Under the pieces are notes generated by a model. It was given only the letters and a program-made list of their open reading frames with translations. It did not search any database and was not told the origin of the DNA. Made by a program: the position numbers and the translations under genes. A DNA stretch of 62,987 nucleotides, counting the filler, from Stramenopiles sp. TOSAG23-2 (Eukaryota): the NCBI GenBank assembly GCA_900128395.1. It is 16 parts of 16 records of this genome, joined end to end, with 100 filler letters (N's around TTAATTAATTAA, not from the genome) between each part and the next. Parts side by side here need not be neighbours in the genome. Positions count along the whole stretch, not along the records: positions 23,731 to 27,578 come from LT651075.1; positions 27,679 to 31,523 come from LT651076.1; positions 31,624 to 35,465 come from LT651077.1; 13 more parts are not named here. One strand, 5' to 3'. Within the stretch, counting starts at the first letter, position 1. Each line of letters starts with the position of its first letter. Shown in pieces: positions 23,787-35,340 of the stretch.

Positions 23787-24408
23787 TTGTATATATATAT
23801 AGGGAATGCTTAGTGTACAATAATATGTAGTAATGCTATACTCATTAATAAAATTTGGGTATACCACACCAGAATGGGATAGGATTTCTTTGAAAAAAAA
23901 CATTTTTCATATCCAATACCATTTCATTCATATCGTGACATGTATAGAAACATAACCCTTACATGCTTTCCACCTACGGTATACCATTTAACGGAAGTTA
24001 ATGCCCATCATGAACATTCACTATTTCATTGCATTTCGTTGACATAGGCAAATGTACTCATAACTATATGCCGTACAAATTAACAATCATGTTAACAAAT
24101 ACATACATGTAAACGTATGCAATAAGTCAAAGTAACATAACGGGCAACTTACATATATGTTAAAGTGGGTGGAATGGCATTTGAAATGTAAATTTTATTG
24201 AATTTAATACTTTTTTTTTCCCCAATGTCAAAATGTGTGATAAATGTTTGGATATGGTCTGATTCGAGGCAAAATAGTAAATATAGTACAACATTTACAT
24301 ACCAGTATTAGATAGGCAAAAATTCATCAAACAATTTTTGAATTTTTGTATATATATATAGGGAATGCTTAGTGTACAATAATATGTAGTAATGTTATAC
24401 TCATTAAA
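23787..24408. repeat. Dispersed direct repeat pair (~62 bp)
   Basis: TTGTATATATATATAGGGAATGCTTAGTGTACAATAATATGTAGTAATG.TATACTCATTAA at ~23787 and ~24346. Confidence 0.9.
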
Positions 24409-24460
24409 TACCACACACCAGCCCCTTGAAAGATTATATAATGATATTATCAATATTAAT

Positions 24461-24464
<4 letters not shown>

Positions 24465-24494
<30 letters not shown>
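24465..24494. repeat. (AGAT)n microsatellite
   Basis: Directly visible. Confidence 0.9.
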
Positions 24495-24495
<1 letters not shown>

Positions 24496-24623
24496 ATAAA
24501 CAATCAAACGGAAAATGGTTCATCTAGTAGTAGTAGTAATAATAATAATAAGGAACTACAACATTATTAAAAAAAGAACATGAAGAATTACAAAATCGAT
24601 TAGAACAAGAATTAGGTGATAAG

Positions 24624-24940
24624 ATGGCAACAATAACAACAAATAATAATACATTTAAATTACCAGAAATATATCATTTTCCACCATTATTTACAATACA
24701 ACCAGTAGAAACAACACGTATTAAACAATTAGAGTCATGGTGTCATATCATAACGGAATATCATAAATTGCATCAGAAAACTATTTTATCCATCAATACA
24801 TTTGAATTATTTAATAATAATAATAATAAGATTCAAACGTCGTATATGTATAGTTATTATGGAACATATTATTAAAAAAGGTTATGGTGATTGGTTGAAT
24901 AATAATAATAATAATACAAATGATAATAATAATAATAATA
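24624..24940 (+). pseudogene. VPS25: VPS25 (ESCRT-II) fragment, frameshifted and truncated
   Basis: LPEIYHFPPLFTIQPVETTRIKQLESW...ELFNN..KIQ, then after a frameshift near 24838 IVIMEHIIKKGYGDWL. The second winged-helix half is missing. Confidence 0.8.
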
Positions 24941-25263
24941 GAAGAAATTCAAGTAGGCGAAATGTCTACTCGGCGGAATATAATCAAAATTTTAAATCAA
25001 AGAATCTATTTCTAAAAATGTACTATACTAGATTTGGTTTACATGGAAAATATTATTTATATAAATTATAGGGATCTGAAATGTTAGAAAAAATTTCATA
25101 AACATACAATTATATATACATATACATGTATTTTACCATATGAATTCATCATGATGTTTTGTATATTGTACATAATTGATGCAGGTATATTAGTTAAAAC
25201 AAGTAATAGAATCATTATTGGGAAATGGTGAGAGAAAATAAAACACTTATTTAAACAAAAAAA

Positions 25264-26094
25264 TTAAAATAATTCATTATGAATATAAGATGCTCCAGTT
25301 TCTACATCTACACTAATACTAGAATCTCTTACATCAAATTTCATACCATCAACTCTTGCATTGACTACATTGTAACCACCAAGTCCATCACGTTGGCGAG
25401 TTTTGTATTTTACCATTAATGATTGTTCCAACATACTACGCCATTTCATCATTTCATCCATATCTTCAATACATTTTTTTCCATTGGTTTTCAAATAGCG
25501 AATGTAAAATTGACGCTCGAAAACAACACGCATCGTTGCTTTTTCTTTTGCATCATAAAATTTATCAAATGGAGTTGAATCTTGTGTCAAGTGTTCATGA
25601 TCACGTTGCTTCCATGCTTTATTTCCAAAACAACGACTTTCATCTGTTCGATAGACTACTCCAACATAGATGATTTTTCCATTTTTATCATAATATACGT
25701 ATACATAACAATTAATGATATAGATACCAACGAATTCATTTCCTGGCAAATTTTCCAATTGAAAAAGACGATTCCAATTGATTTCAGTTGTTGATAAATT
25801 TAAATTTGTGAAGTCCACTAATGATTTGATCGATCTAGATGTTAATCCATCACGAAGTTGATTATCGACGGCATTGAACAATTCTTTGTTACGACGACTA
25901 CTACTACTACTACTACTACTATTTTCTCGTTTTCTTTTCCTTTCAGTTTTTCTTGCAGTTTTATTTCGATCTCGTTCTTTTTTTTCCTCTTTTTCTTTCA
26001 AAATTGCACAAATTTGTTTTTGAAAAATCTCTTTTTCACTGATTGTTAAATGTTTATATTTTGTTGCATCTCTCTTGTTTCGAATTTCTAACAT
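25264..26094 (-). CDS. GIY-YIG-superfamily endonuclease-like protein
   Basis: YVYVYYDKNGKIIYVG ... QRDHEH ... MLEQSLMVKYKT ... GGYN matches the GIY/YIG-R-E-N motif order. Basic N-terminal extension. Confidence 0.7.
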   Translation of the reverse strand: MLEIRNKRDATKYKHLTISEKEIFQKQICAILKEKEEKKERDRNKTARKTERKRKRENSSSSSSSSRRNKELFNAVDNQLRDGLTSRSIKSLVDFTNLNLSTTEINWNRLFQLENLPGNEFVGIYIINCYVYVYYDKNGKIIYVGVVYRTDESRCFGNKAWKQRDHEHLTQDSTPFDKFYDAKEKATMRVVFERQFYIRYLKTNGKKCIEDMDEMMKWRSMLEQSLMVKYKTRQRDGLGGYNVVNARVDGMKFDVRDSSISVDVETGASYIHNELF

Positions 26095-26171
26095 AAATTT
26101 GCATCATTAAATTTGTGCCGGATGAAGCAAAAATACACAAATTATAAGGTGAAATGATGAAATATCACATT

Positions 26172-26522
26172 ACGATGTAATAGGCCAATAGGCCTGAAAA
26201 TATTTATATGATAGGACTTGTTAGAGTATGAATTGTGATGGTTCGCCAAATTTAGCATGGACACAGCAGGATCTCTACATACCTCAGCAGACTACCGCCG
26301 GATAGTTGAAATAATAAAAATACCTTATCATTTTTTTACAAGTTAATTGATAAATATTATTATGCAAAAACAGTAGTCTAATTCCATGTACTCTAATAAT
26401 GCGCATTTGACAACGATGTAATAGGCCTGAAAATATTTATATGATAGGACTTGTTAGAGTATGAATTGTGATGATCCACCAAATTTAGCATGGACACAGC
26501 AAGATCTCTACATACCTCAGCC
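26172..26522. repeat. Imperfect direct repeat (~110 bp x2) upstream of the GIY-YIG gene
   Basis: ACGATGTAATAGGCC..TGAAAATATTTATATGATAGGACTTG...TTAGCATGGACACAGCA.GATCTCTACATACCTCAGC at ~26172 and ~26414. Confidence 0.9.
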
Positions 26523-27370
26523 GAGTTAGTCTGCGTCGACTCTTTCCGGACAGCCGAGTAATTCTCTCTGATTAATGGTGGTGGTGGTGCAATTATGTTT
26601 AAGGTGATTGTATGTGGTCAGAAGAGGGCCTTTACACTTTAACTTCACATTAAGAGAAAACCCTACAAGGAACACGAAATAACATTGCCCCTTCACGGCG
26701 TGGCCAAAACATTCAAATTTAGACATAGGAGTTTTGGTGTACTTGCACTGGAAAACTAGTAGTCTTTTATGTTTTTTCATTCATTTTCAATGCTATACCA
26801 TGCTAATTCATATAAAGTATGCCACTATATTTTCACGGTCCCTTGAATTTTGCTCTTGTAAAATGTCACGCTAACCTGATATTGCGGGTATTTAAAAAGG
26901 ACACCCTTTATAAGTACCAAGTTGGGGCAGTTTTACGGCCTATCTCCATGCTAATTTTTTAAAAAAAAGTCAAAATGTCAGGTCCTATGATGTATACCTG
27001 CTATTTTGATAGGTGTCGTTTTATAAACTAACAGCCTACTTGAGTGTAAGACATGAGCTGGCTTACCTCACACTCATACGAAGTGACGCTTCTCTTGTTT
27101 CTATTTTATATGTATTCTTAGAGTAATTATAGTTCCTAAAGATAGTATTATATCTATGTATCATTTTCCATTATATTATGTCTATTTATTTCATTATTAT
27201 TATTCTTTCAAGTACCTTAATTATTACATATTATTTAGATTATTATTAGTTATATTTAGTTAGTAATTTTAAGTGATTCATAATTTTTAACTTATCAATT
27301 GTTGTTTTATAGTAAGAACCTATTCGTAAGAATGTTTTGGGACTATTTCATTTTATACTTCTTGTACTCT

Positions 27371-27577
27371 CTAACTATTTTGATAGGCCATGCATTCCCA
27401 ATCATACAATGCATCCATCAGCGGCACAAATTTTTTTGCCTGTGGATTATACACATCTCCAAATTTTGCTATGATGACATGGTTACTAATATTATCATCT
27501 TCAGTCGTGTTAGTGTTGCGTAACAGCAGACAAGGGATACCATTGTTTGTTATTGTGTGTTGTTCAACCTTGTCTGC
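27371..27577 (-). CDS. 3' end of an unknown gene
   Basis: Open from the contig edge: ADKVEQHTITNNGIPCLLL...LMDALYDWECMAYQNS*. Confidence 0.5.
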   Translation of the reverse strand, partial: ADKVEQHTITNNGIPCLLLRNTNTTEDDNISNHVIIAKFGDVYNPQAKKFVPLMDALYDWECMAYQNS

Positions 27578-27931
27578 CNNNNNNNNNNNNNNNNNNNNNN
27601 NNNNNNNNNNNNNNNNNNNNNNTTAATTAATTAANNNNNNNNNNNNNNNNNNNNNNNNNNNNNNNNNNNNNNNNNNNNAGAGTTGGAGTAAAGTTAAAAA
27701 ACTATAAACTATGTTAAGGTAAATTTACCGCAAAGTAGGTTTAGAGGGTAACTTAAACTGCTTCCGTCCCAACAACATAGAAATAATTAAGTATCTATAT
27801 ATTACTAAATAAATAAATGTATGTATAACAATAACAATCGTAAAAAACTTGATTTACACAAATGGACCAAAGAAGATTGGGGAATGGGTTGCTTACAGAG
27901 ATCATATGTTTTTTATCTTTATTAATAAAAC

Positions 27932-29995
27932 ATGAATTTAAACGACCCCGAGGATCAAAGAAGACCGCTTGTGTCCAATATGGCTCTAGATAGTTTAAGC
28001 GAAGAGGAACTGAACGAGTATGAGAAGAAAACGATTCGGTCCTCCCGGGCGATTAAACATGAGAAGCGTCTCAGAGCAAGTCAGAAGAAGCAACCTTGCA
28101 GTTATTACCTGAAGAACATTGTGATTATAATTCTAATAGTTGGATATTTATTTTGTATGTATGGTCCGTTCCGATTTATGAACAGAATATTAAATATTGT
28201 AAAAAGCGATGTACATTCAGCCACAATTCGAAATATTTTAGAGGCTTCCGGCCTACTGTTTCTCGGATTCTTTTTTAGGTTTCTAGACAAGATGGTTGTT
28301 AAATTTCTTGGAAACACACTCTGTGGTTGTTTATGCAACCAGCGTTTAAACGACACAACTGAATTTCTTTTAGCTGAAAGTTCTGCGGAGGATGAGACAG
28401 AAATTATGACCGCAAGTGTTGTTTACCAGCAAAGATATTCGTTCAAAGAAGCTTGCAAGAATCTAAAGTATACGCCATGCCATGCATATTCGTTAGCAAT
28501 GTTTCGATTGTTTTTTATACATTGGGCGCACCCTATTTTATATTGGGTCACTCTGTTTGCATATTGGGACGTATTGAACGTTTTGCAACTTATTTTGGGA
28601 GGTATAGTTGGTGTTCGTGAAGGTGTTTATTTGATTTTTACATTAATATGTCTAATTGAAAACCCGACGTTTCTGTTAGTCGACATAAATGCATCTAGGA
28701 GAGAAGACCTTTTCGACTTTCTTATCTATGTATTTGCGCCGGATAAGTTCTTATACTTTTGCCTTGGGTTCAAAAAAATATGGATTTTGGACGGGATTGA
28801 TTTGTCTTTAGTTTTTTTACTTTTACTAGACTTGGTTAGCGCGGCCGCATTACTAGTGGCTATTGATTTTCGAATTTCACCACCATTGTTAATGGTTGGA
28901 TATTGTATTACGACCATTGGAGGAATGTTGCTCCTTGGATTGTTGACTGTACAGTATGTTGATGTCAGTGAGAAAGGCAATAAAGCAACAATGCCAAATG
29001 TCCATGGCATACTCAGGGGGACACAAAATCCGCAAAGAAAACTGGACTTTGGACCAATTGACTTAACAGATAAAGATTGCCAAGCAATAAAACGGTTATT
29101 GGATATGAACCATACCTTAGTGTCATTAGATTTTTCAAATTCTCGTGGTCGGTCGGACAAAAAGTCCATCAGTGATGCTGGTATTATAAGCATCACAAAA
29201 GGTTTACGAAATAACAATACCTTGAAATACATAAATCTTTTGGATAATCACGACTTTGACACTCGGGGTCTAGAAGCATTGAAAAGCGTATTTGAAGAGA
29301 ATCATAATTTAAGTTCTGTATGCGGAGTTGATGAAAAAGCAACGGAAATAAAGTTTGACAATAAATTGCTTCCTCGTAAATTAAAATATCAGGATGCCTA
29401 CCTAATAAGTTTGGATATAAGCAAAAACGAACTTTTAAGATCCATAGATCTTTGCGGAAATGAATTGGGTGACAATGGTGCTACCACTATATTTGAAGTG
29501 CTAAAAAAAAATACTAAAATCGAATATCTTGACCTTGGTCACAATGGTATTGGAGATATTGGTGCATATGTTTTAGGGCAAATGTTACAAAGGAATAGTG
29601 TACTAAAAATCATATACATGGATGATAATCAAATTACTGATAAAGGTGCAGTACAAATAGGGATAGGTCTGCAAAAAAACCAGAATCTATTTGAATTACA
29701 CTTAGAAAGTAATGAAATAGGATACCAAGGTGGCAAAGCTCTGAAAAAAGCTGCTAAAGGAGAAAGAAAAATGTTTCTTTATGGAAATGAAAAGATCGAT
29801 GAAACTCAACGGAAGTCATTACGTAAATTTAGACTGAACAGCTTGCGCCAAAGTCCAGGGACTCGACTAGGAAGAAGCCAAGTTGGACTAATTTTTCAGA
29901 AACAATACAAGAGAGAGAGAAAACATTATGATCTTCTTAAAAACAATTTCCATATGCAATCCCGGCAATCTTTCAATTTCAATATCAAGTCATAA
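27932..29995 (+). CDS. Multi-pass membrane protein with C-terminal RNI/NLRC3-type LRRs
   Basis: Several TM helices, then LRRs such as LRSIDLCGNELGDNGA, IEYLDLGHNGIGDIGA, LFELHLESNEIGYQGG. Confidence 0.85.
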   Translation: MNLNDPEDQRRPLVSNMALDSLSEEELNEYEKKTIRSSRAIKHEKRLRASQKKQPCSYYLKNIVIIILIVGYLFCMYGPFRFMNRILNIVKSDVHSATIRNILEASGLLFLGFFFRFLDKMVVKFLGNTLCGCLCNQRLNDTTEFLLAESSAEDETEIMTASVVYQQRYSFKEACKNLKYTPCHAYSLAMFRLFFIHWAHPILYWVTLFAYWDVLNVLQLILGGIVGVREGVYLIFTLICLIENPTFLLVDINASRREDLFDFLIYVFAPDKFLYFCLGFKKIWILDGIDLSLVFLLLLDLVSAAALLVAIDFRISPPLLMVGYCITTIGGMLLLGLLTVQYVDVSEKGNKATMPNVHGILRGTQNPQRKLDFGPIDLTDKDCQAIKRLLDMNHTLVSLDFSNSRGRSDKKSISDAGIISITKGLRNNNTLKYINLLDNHDFDTRGLEALKSVFEENHNLSSVCGVDEKATEIKFDNKLLPRKLKYQDAYLISLDISKNELLRSIDLCGNELGDNGATTIFEVLKKNTKIEYLDLGHNGIGDIGAYVLGQMLQRNSVLKIIYMDDNQITDKGAVQIGIGLQKNQNLFELHLESNEIGYQGGKALKKAAKGERKMFLYGNEKIDETQRKSLRKFRLNSLRQSPGTRLGRSQVGLIFQKQYKRERKHYDLLKNNFHMQSRQSFNFNIKS

Positions 29996-30277
29996 AACCC
30001 AAATTGAAAAAGAAGAGTACAAAAAGGTATGTTATACAAAAGACATACGAACTTTGTATATAATATGATAAAATACATTATTTTTATTTGCGAGCCTGTA
30101 ATCGCCCCAATGCCAATCACTTTTTGATATACGCATATATACACAAAAAAAGGCTTTATGCCAAGGCTATGGGATGAATTATTGCAGATCGTAGAGATAA
30201 TGATATAAATGAGATGGTAGTTAATTTAAGTTTAAATTAATATATAATTTAATTTACGCATAATTTATTTTTAATTT

Positions 30278-30328
30278 ACTCATGATAATTCCTACTCTTC
30301 AAAAGAATAAAATAACTGAAATAATCTA
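30278..30328 (-). repeat. Dispersed modular intergenic element, copy on minus strand
   Basis: Reverse complement reads TAGATTATTTCAGTTATTTTATTCTTTTGAAGAGTAGGAATTATCATGAGT. Confidence 0.8.
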
Positions 30329-30349
30329 AATTATATATATTTTAATATC

Positions 30350-30440
30350 TTTTCAGCTCTTTCCAGGCTTTCCTGGCTTTCCAGCTTTCCTCTTTCCATC
30401 AGTCATCAGACTTCCCGGCTTTCCAGCTTTCGTGCTTTCA
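30350..30440. repeat. Cluster of GCTTTCC-like motifs
   Basis: About 8 degenerate CTTTCC(A/T)G units. Confidence 0.65.
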
Positions 30441-31623
30441 AAAGGTAAAGGTGTTTTGATGTATTATAGGTAGAAAACAAAAGGTGCTATTACTATTTAT
30501 GTAAAAACGCTAAATTTACAGAAGTATTTTAAGAATCCAATACTATTTCGTGTTAAAGGAGATTGATTGTTAATTTGTAAACAAAAATATCAATATATAG
30601 GTAAATTTACTTAACAGAATACAAAACTCGTATACTTAACCAAAAAAAGTTTTTTCATTTTTCTTCAATTTCTGTCTAATCGACGACGAGAGAGATGGGA
30701 GAGGTGCAGAGACGAAAAAAAAAAGATATTTTATAACTTTAAACTTCAATTATCCCCAATGAACAATAACTGTATATATAGATATAGATAGATGGATTTA
30801 TGATTTCAAAACAAGAACTGCTGATGTATCACACAACCAGTGAGTACAAAATATTTCATATAAAAACAATCGAATATATTCAATAAAATGGCAACATCGA
30901 AAAAATCATATTATGATTATGGACTTATTGTCAATTCTTTTTTAGATTTTGCCATGTTATTTCCATCATTTGCAAAGTCAAACCTTGAGTCTGTGTTTGA
31001 CTTTTGGAAACCAATACGTGCGGAGGAAGAAATATATGCAGCTACAGGCCAACAGCACTTTTTGCCATATCTGTTCCTTTCCTTGTTGCCAATTCCTTTG
31101 CATTGATGTATTTTTCTGTCCATGAAATTTCATCTTCAATTTCCCATACGCCAACTTTTGGAACAAATGTTGCAGCACCACAAAATGGCCATTGACAAAA
31201 TTTTCCACAACAGCAACACATCACAAATGCAAACATGTTCCAAAACGTCCATGGTATACCACAGAAAATTTTACTGCAATGAAATCGAAAGACTTTGTAT
31301 CCTACAATTACAGTCCCAAATTGCTTTACTTGCATTTCTCCAATTCCAGGCAATTTGAATTCAGGTTTATTCGTGTTATTTATTTAGCACTACACACCAT
31401 TACATCGCGCATATTTTTCATCCAATTTCATTAAAATCATCATTTTCAATCTAAATTTTAATATTTCATTGTTTTGATGATGGATTTTTCATTTCATTAC
31501 ATGAAAACAAAGGAAAAACATTGNNNNNNNNNNNNNNNNNNNNNNNNNNNNNNNNNNNNNNNNNNNNTTAATTAATTAANNNNNNNNNNNNNNNNNNNNN
31601 NNNNNNNNNNNNNNNNNNNNNNN

Positions 31624-34600
31624 GTTGTTATTTTTTTCGAAGGTTTTTGTACTGTTCATGTCAGACAAATAATTTCATCGGAATATTGTTCTTCAGTTGT
31701 ATCATGGCTTGTTCCTGTAATACATCAAAAATCCATGCGTATTAGTGGCATGGGAGATCATGGAAAAGAGGATGGCAAAAGAAAAAACAAGAAAAAAAAA
31801 AAAGCTGATGAGAAAGAGGCAACAAGTAATAATGAAAGTGCAATTATTGGTAACGACGTGATACGTGGATTTGAAGATGTGAAATGGACGTGTGCTATTT
31901 TCCAAAATTTTGTTGGTTTGGCCGCTGGACTTGTAGCATTAGCAATATTATTAGGTTGGAATTGCTTAATTGGTATTGGGGTAATGATAATAGTTCTATC
32001 CGCAAACTGGCAAATTGCAAAATGTAGTGAACAAGTGACGAAAAAGGAATTGGAAGCTACGGATAGTCGTATGAGTACAATGAAAGAAGTAATAGATGGC
32101 ATACAACAAGTGAAATTTGGTGCATGGGAAGAAAATTATTTATCCTTGCTAGGAAGTAAACGTAATTATGAAATTGGCTTTACATTGAAAGCAAGATTAT
32201 ATCAAATACTTAATGTGACATTAGGCAGAGGATGTCCAATTATTGCTGGATGTATGACGTTCGTATACATGGGTTTACAAAATGTGCCACTTCATCCTGC
32301 ACAAGTATTTGCATCTTTGGCAGCATATAATTCGTTAAGAATGCCATTAATTGTTATACCAATGAATTTAATTCAACTGTTTACGTTAAATTTAACTGCC
32401 GGTCGTATCTCTACATATTTAAATTTGCCGGAACAACATCATACGAATATTTTAAGTAGTAAAAGTAACAATATTATTACTATTGAAAATGCAACATGTG
32501 GCTGGGGAGAAAAGACGGAAGATAATACGAAAAAAAGTTCACGTAGTGTAAGCAAGGGCGATGAAAGCAGCATGCTATCACAGGCAAGTAGTATTGATGA
32601 AATGGAACGATTTACATTATCAAAGATGAATTTTTCCATACCACGAGATGGTAGCAATGGATTTTTAATTGCAATAGTAGGGCAAGTTGGTTCCGGGAAA
32701 AGTACATTCATATCATCATTAATTGGCTCAAATACGTTGGATTCTGGTAAAATAGAAACTGTTAAAGAAATTGGCTATGTCCCACAAAAAGCATTTGTTA
32801 TGAGTGGTACTATACTTGATAACATCTTAATGGGTAGGGGAAAAAATAATGATTACCTGGATCAAGCCATTGAGAATAGTGCTTTTCGAACAGATTTAAA
32901 ACTAATGAGTGGTTTGAAAACGGAAGTTGGTGAACGTGGCACTACATTATCCGGTGGGCAGCAACAACGATTAGCAATTGCAAGAGCTATATATGGTAAT
33001 CCAGAGTTGTTAATCGTAGATGACGCGTTAGCAGCTGTGGATGGTCATGTTGCCAATACCATATTTGAAAAATCGTTCATGGAAAGAAAAAGGAAAGGTT
33101 TAACAACAATTGTATCAATCAACCAATTGCATTTTCTTCCACGTTTTGATCGTATCTTATATTTAAATGAAAATAAAATTCAACATGCTGGGACATATGA
33201 TGAAGTATTCAAAGCTAGTCAAGAATTCAGAGAATTAGTTGCAAGTGGTGAAGCAGCTGCTGATCAAGATTTGGATAAGTTGGATGACGAAGAAGATGGT
33301 GACAAGGAAACAATAGAAACCACTGAAGATGATGAGGGGGAAAAAGCTGATGTAGGTGATATCAAAGAATCTGCAAAAAGTATTAGGGAAGAAGGTGCTA
33401 AAAAAAAAGCCGCTGTCTTAGTGAAAAAAGAAAATGTAAAAAAAGGAGTTGTCTCAGGTAAAGAAGTGTTATTGCCATATTACAACGCTTTGGGCGGGCA
33501 TTTATACATTGTTACGGTGATTATCATGGCGTTTGCAGCATATAGTTTAATGGCTGCAAATGATTTATGGCTGGCTGGATGGGTAACAGACATTGAAACA
33601 TTGTCTCAGGAAGATAATACATCACGTGCCATGGGATACATCGGGTTTTCATTTTCTCAGTTTGTTGGTGTATTGTTATTAAGTGCATTTAATAGTTTTC
33701 GAACAACAAAGGCTGGAAAAGTAATACATGATCAAACAGTAACGCACATACTTCATGCACCAATGTCATGGTACGAAAGTACACCATCTGGTCGTATCCT
33801 AAGTCGTTTTTCTGGTGATTTGTCATTAGTAGATCATCATTTCGCATTTATAGTAGATGATTTATGTCATTTTTCATGTATCATTTTAGCATTTTTAGTG
33901 GTTATTGGTATGATTGTTCCACAAATAATTCCGGTATTGATTGTTGCAATGATTTTATATGGCTTCCAAGTATTAGCTGTTGATAGAACAAATCGTGAAG
34001 TCAAACGAGCTACAAATACAGCACTGGGACCAGTAATGACGCTAGTACAAGAAACTGTAAATAGCCGTGCACTCATTCACGCTATGGGGTTTGAAGATTA
34101 TTTTTCAAATAGAATGTATGGCTTGATGGATCAATGGTCCCGTTATAATTATTTCAGCTGTTCCGTAATTAATGCTGGATATACATTTGTAAATACACTG
34201 GCATTTTTAATTTCTGTTTCTTCTGCTTGTGTTGTTTTATTTAATCGCCAACAATTTCAAAATCCAGCAATGGTTGGAGTGGCATTAGGTTATAGTTTTC
34301 TCTTACCATATTTCCTTGGTTTATTTAGCATGATGTGTCAAATGTTTTTAGTCAGCGTAACTTCGTTGGAACGAATTTTGCAATATCAGAGTAAAGAAGT
34401 CCCATCTGATCCAGCTTGGCATTTGCCTGGTGATGAAAAGTTAGCTAAAGATAAATGGCCATTAGTTGGTAATGTGAAATACATAGATATGTCTTTGCGA
34501 TATCGACCAAATTTACCCACCGCAGTGAACAATGTAAATTTAGATATTATTGGTGGTGAGAATGTTGGTGTTATTGGACGCACTGGTGCTGGAAAAAGTA

Positions 34601-35340
34601 CTTTGATGGTCGCATTGTTTCGATTAGTTGACGCATGTAATGGTAAAATTTTAATTGATGGAGTCGACATCTCAAACATTGGTTTGCAAAATCTACGGAA
34701 AAAAATTGCTATTATTCCCCAACGTAGTTTAATGCTGGAAGGGACTATTAAGCATAACTTGGACCCGTTTGAAAAGTATGATGATGATGCTTTGCAAAAT
34801 GTTTTAGTAGATGTCAATTTATGTAAAAATAAACGTGGTGCGGAGAAAATGTTGCGATTAAGTATTGGCCCAAATAGTAGTAGCTTATCTGCTGGCGAGC
34901 AGCAATTACTTTCAATTGCTCGTGCTCTTTTGAAAAAAGACATACGTATTGTTATTATGGATGAACCAACAGCTAATATTGATATGAGAACAGATGAAAT
35001 GGTGCAAGAAGTTATACGCAAGGCTTTTGATAAATCTACAGTGATAACAATAGCCCATAGGCTGAATACCATCATTGATTTTGATAAAATTGTTGTTATG
35101 GATCGAGGAAAAGTAGTTGAAATTGGTACACCCGTAAAGCTATTAGATGATACAAATGGTTTTCTGCACCATATGGTAAAAGCAATGGGTAGGGAAGCAG
35201 CTGATGCGTTAAGACAGAAAGCAATCGATGCAACAAACGAGAGGAAGAAGAAGAAGAGCAATGCAAAGGAAAGTAGTTTCAATGTTAAAACCAATAGTTC
35301 TGATGTTGCTGATATTAAAATAAACATGGAAGAAGTATGA
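31624..35340 (+). CDS. ABCC (MRP-like) ABC transporter, 5'-partial
   Basis: TMD1-NBD1 (GQVGSGKS, LSGGQQQR, LLIVDD)-TMD2 (TPSGRILSRFS)-NBD2 (GRTGAGKS, LSAGEQQ, VIMDEPTA). Open from the contig start. Confidence 0.96.
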   Translation, partial: VVIFFEGFCTVHVRQIISSEYCSSVVSWLVPVIHQKSMRISGMGDHGKEDGKRKNKKKKKADEKEATSNNESAIIGNDVIRGFEDVKWTCAIFQNFVGLAAGLVALAILLGWNCLIGIGVMIIVLSANWQIAKCSEQVTKKELEATDSRMSTMKEVIDGIQQVKFGAWEENYLSLLGSKRNYEIGFTLKARLYQILNVTLGRGCPIIAGCMTFVYMGLQNVPLHPAQVFASLAAYNSLRMPLIVIPMNLIQLFTLNLTAGRISTYLNLPEQHHTNILSSKSNNIITIENATCGWGEKTEDNTKKSSRSVSKGDESSMLSQASSIDEMERFTLSKMNFSIPRDGSNGFLIAIVGQVGSGKSTFISSLIGSNTLDSGKIETVKEIGYVPQKAFVMSGTILDNILMGRGKNNDYLDQAIENSAFRTDLKLMSGLKTEVGERGTTLSGGQQQRLAIARAIYGNPELLIVDDALAAVDGHVANTIFEKSFMERKRKGLTTIVSINQLHFLPRFDRILYLNENKIQHAGTYDEVFKASQEFRELVASGEAAADQDLDKLDDEEDGDKETIETTEDDEGEKADVGDIKESAKSIREEGAKKKAAVLVKKENVKKGVVSGKEVLLPYYNALGGHLYIVTVIIMAFAAYSLMAANDLWLAGWVTDIETLSQEDNTSRAMGYIGFSFSQFVGVLLLSAFNSFRTTKAGKVIHDQTVTHILHAPMSWYESTPSGRILSRFSGDLSLVDHHFAFIVDDLCHFSCIILAFLVVIGMIVPQIIPVLIVAMILYGFQVLAVDRTNREVKRATNTALGPVMTLVQETVNSRALIHAMGFEDYFSNRMYGLMDQWSRYNYFSCSVINAGYTFVNTLAFLISVSSACVVLFNRQQFQNPAMVGVALGYSFLLPYFLGLFSMMCQMFLVSVTSLERILQYQSKEVPSDPAWHLPGDEKLAKDKWPLVGNVKYIDMSLRYRPNLPTAVNNVNLDIIGGENVGVIGRTGAGKSTLMVALFRLVDACNGKILIDGVDISNIGLQNLRKKIAIIPQRSLMLEGTIKHNLDPFEKYDDDALQNVLVDVNLCKNKRGAEKMLRLSIGPNSSSLSAGEQQLLSIARALLKKDIRIVIMDEPTANIDMRTDEMVQEVIRKAFDKSTVITIAHRLNTIIDFDKIVVMDRGKVVEIGTPVKLLDDTNGFLHHMVKAMGREAADALRQKAIDATNERKKKKSNAKESSFNVKTNSSDVADIKINMEEV

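Noticed and set aside
30396-30412. CTGATGA...GAAA on the minus strand, resembling a hammerhead ribozyme core
   Set aside because: No stem I or III pairing and no cleavage triplet. It sits in a simple GCTTTCC repeat cluster.
30888-31523. Short overlapping ORFs, including a Cys-rich hydrophobic minus-strand piece
   Set aside because: No consistent frame, splice model or recognisable family. Possibly a decayed gene, but unsupported.
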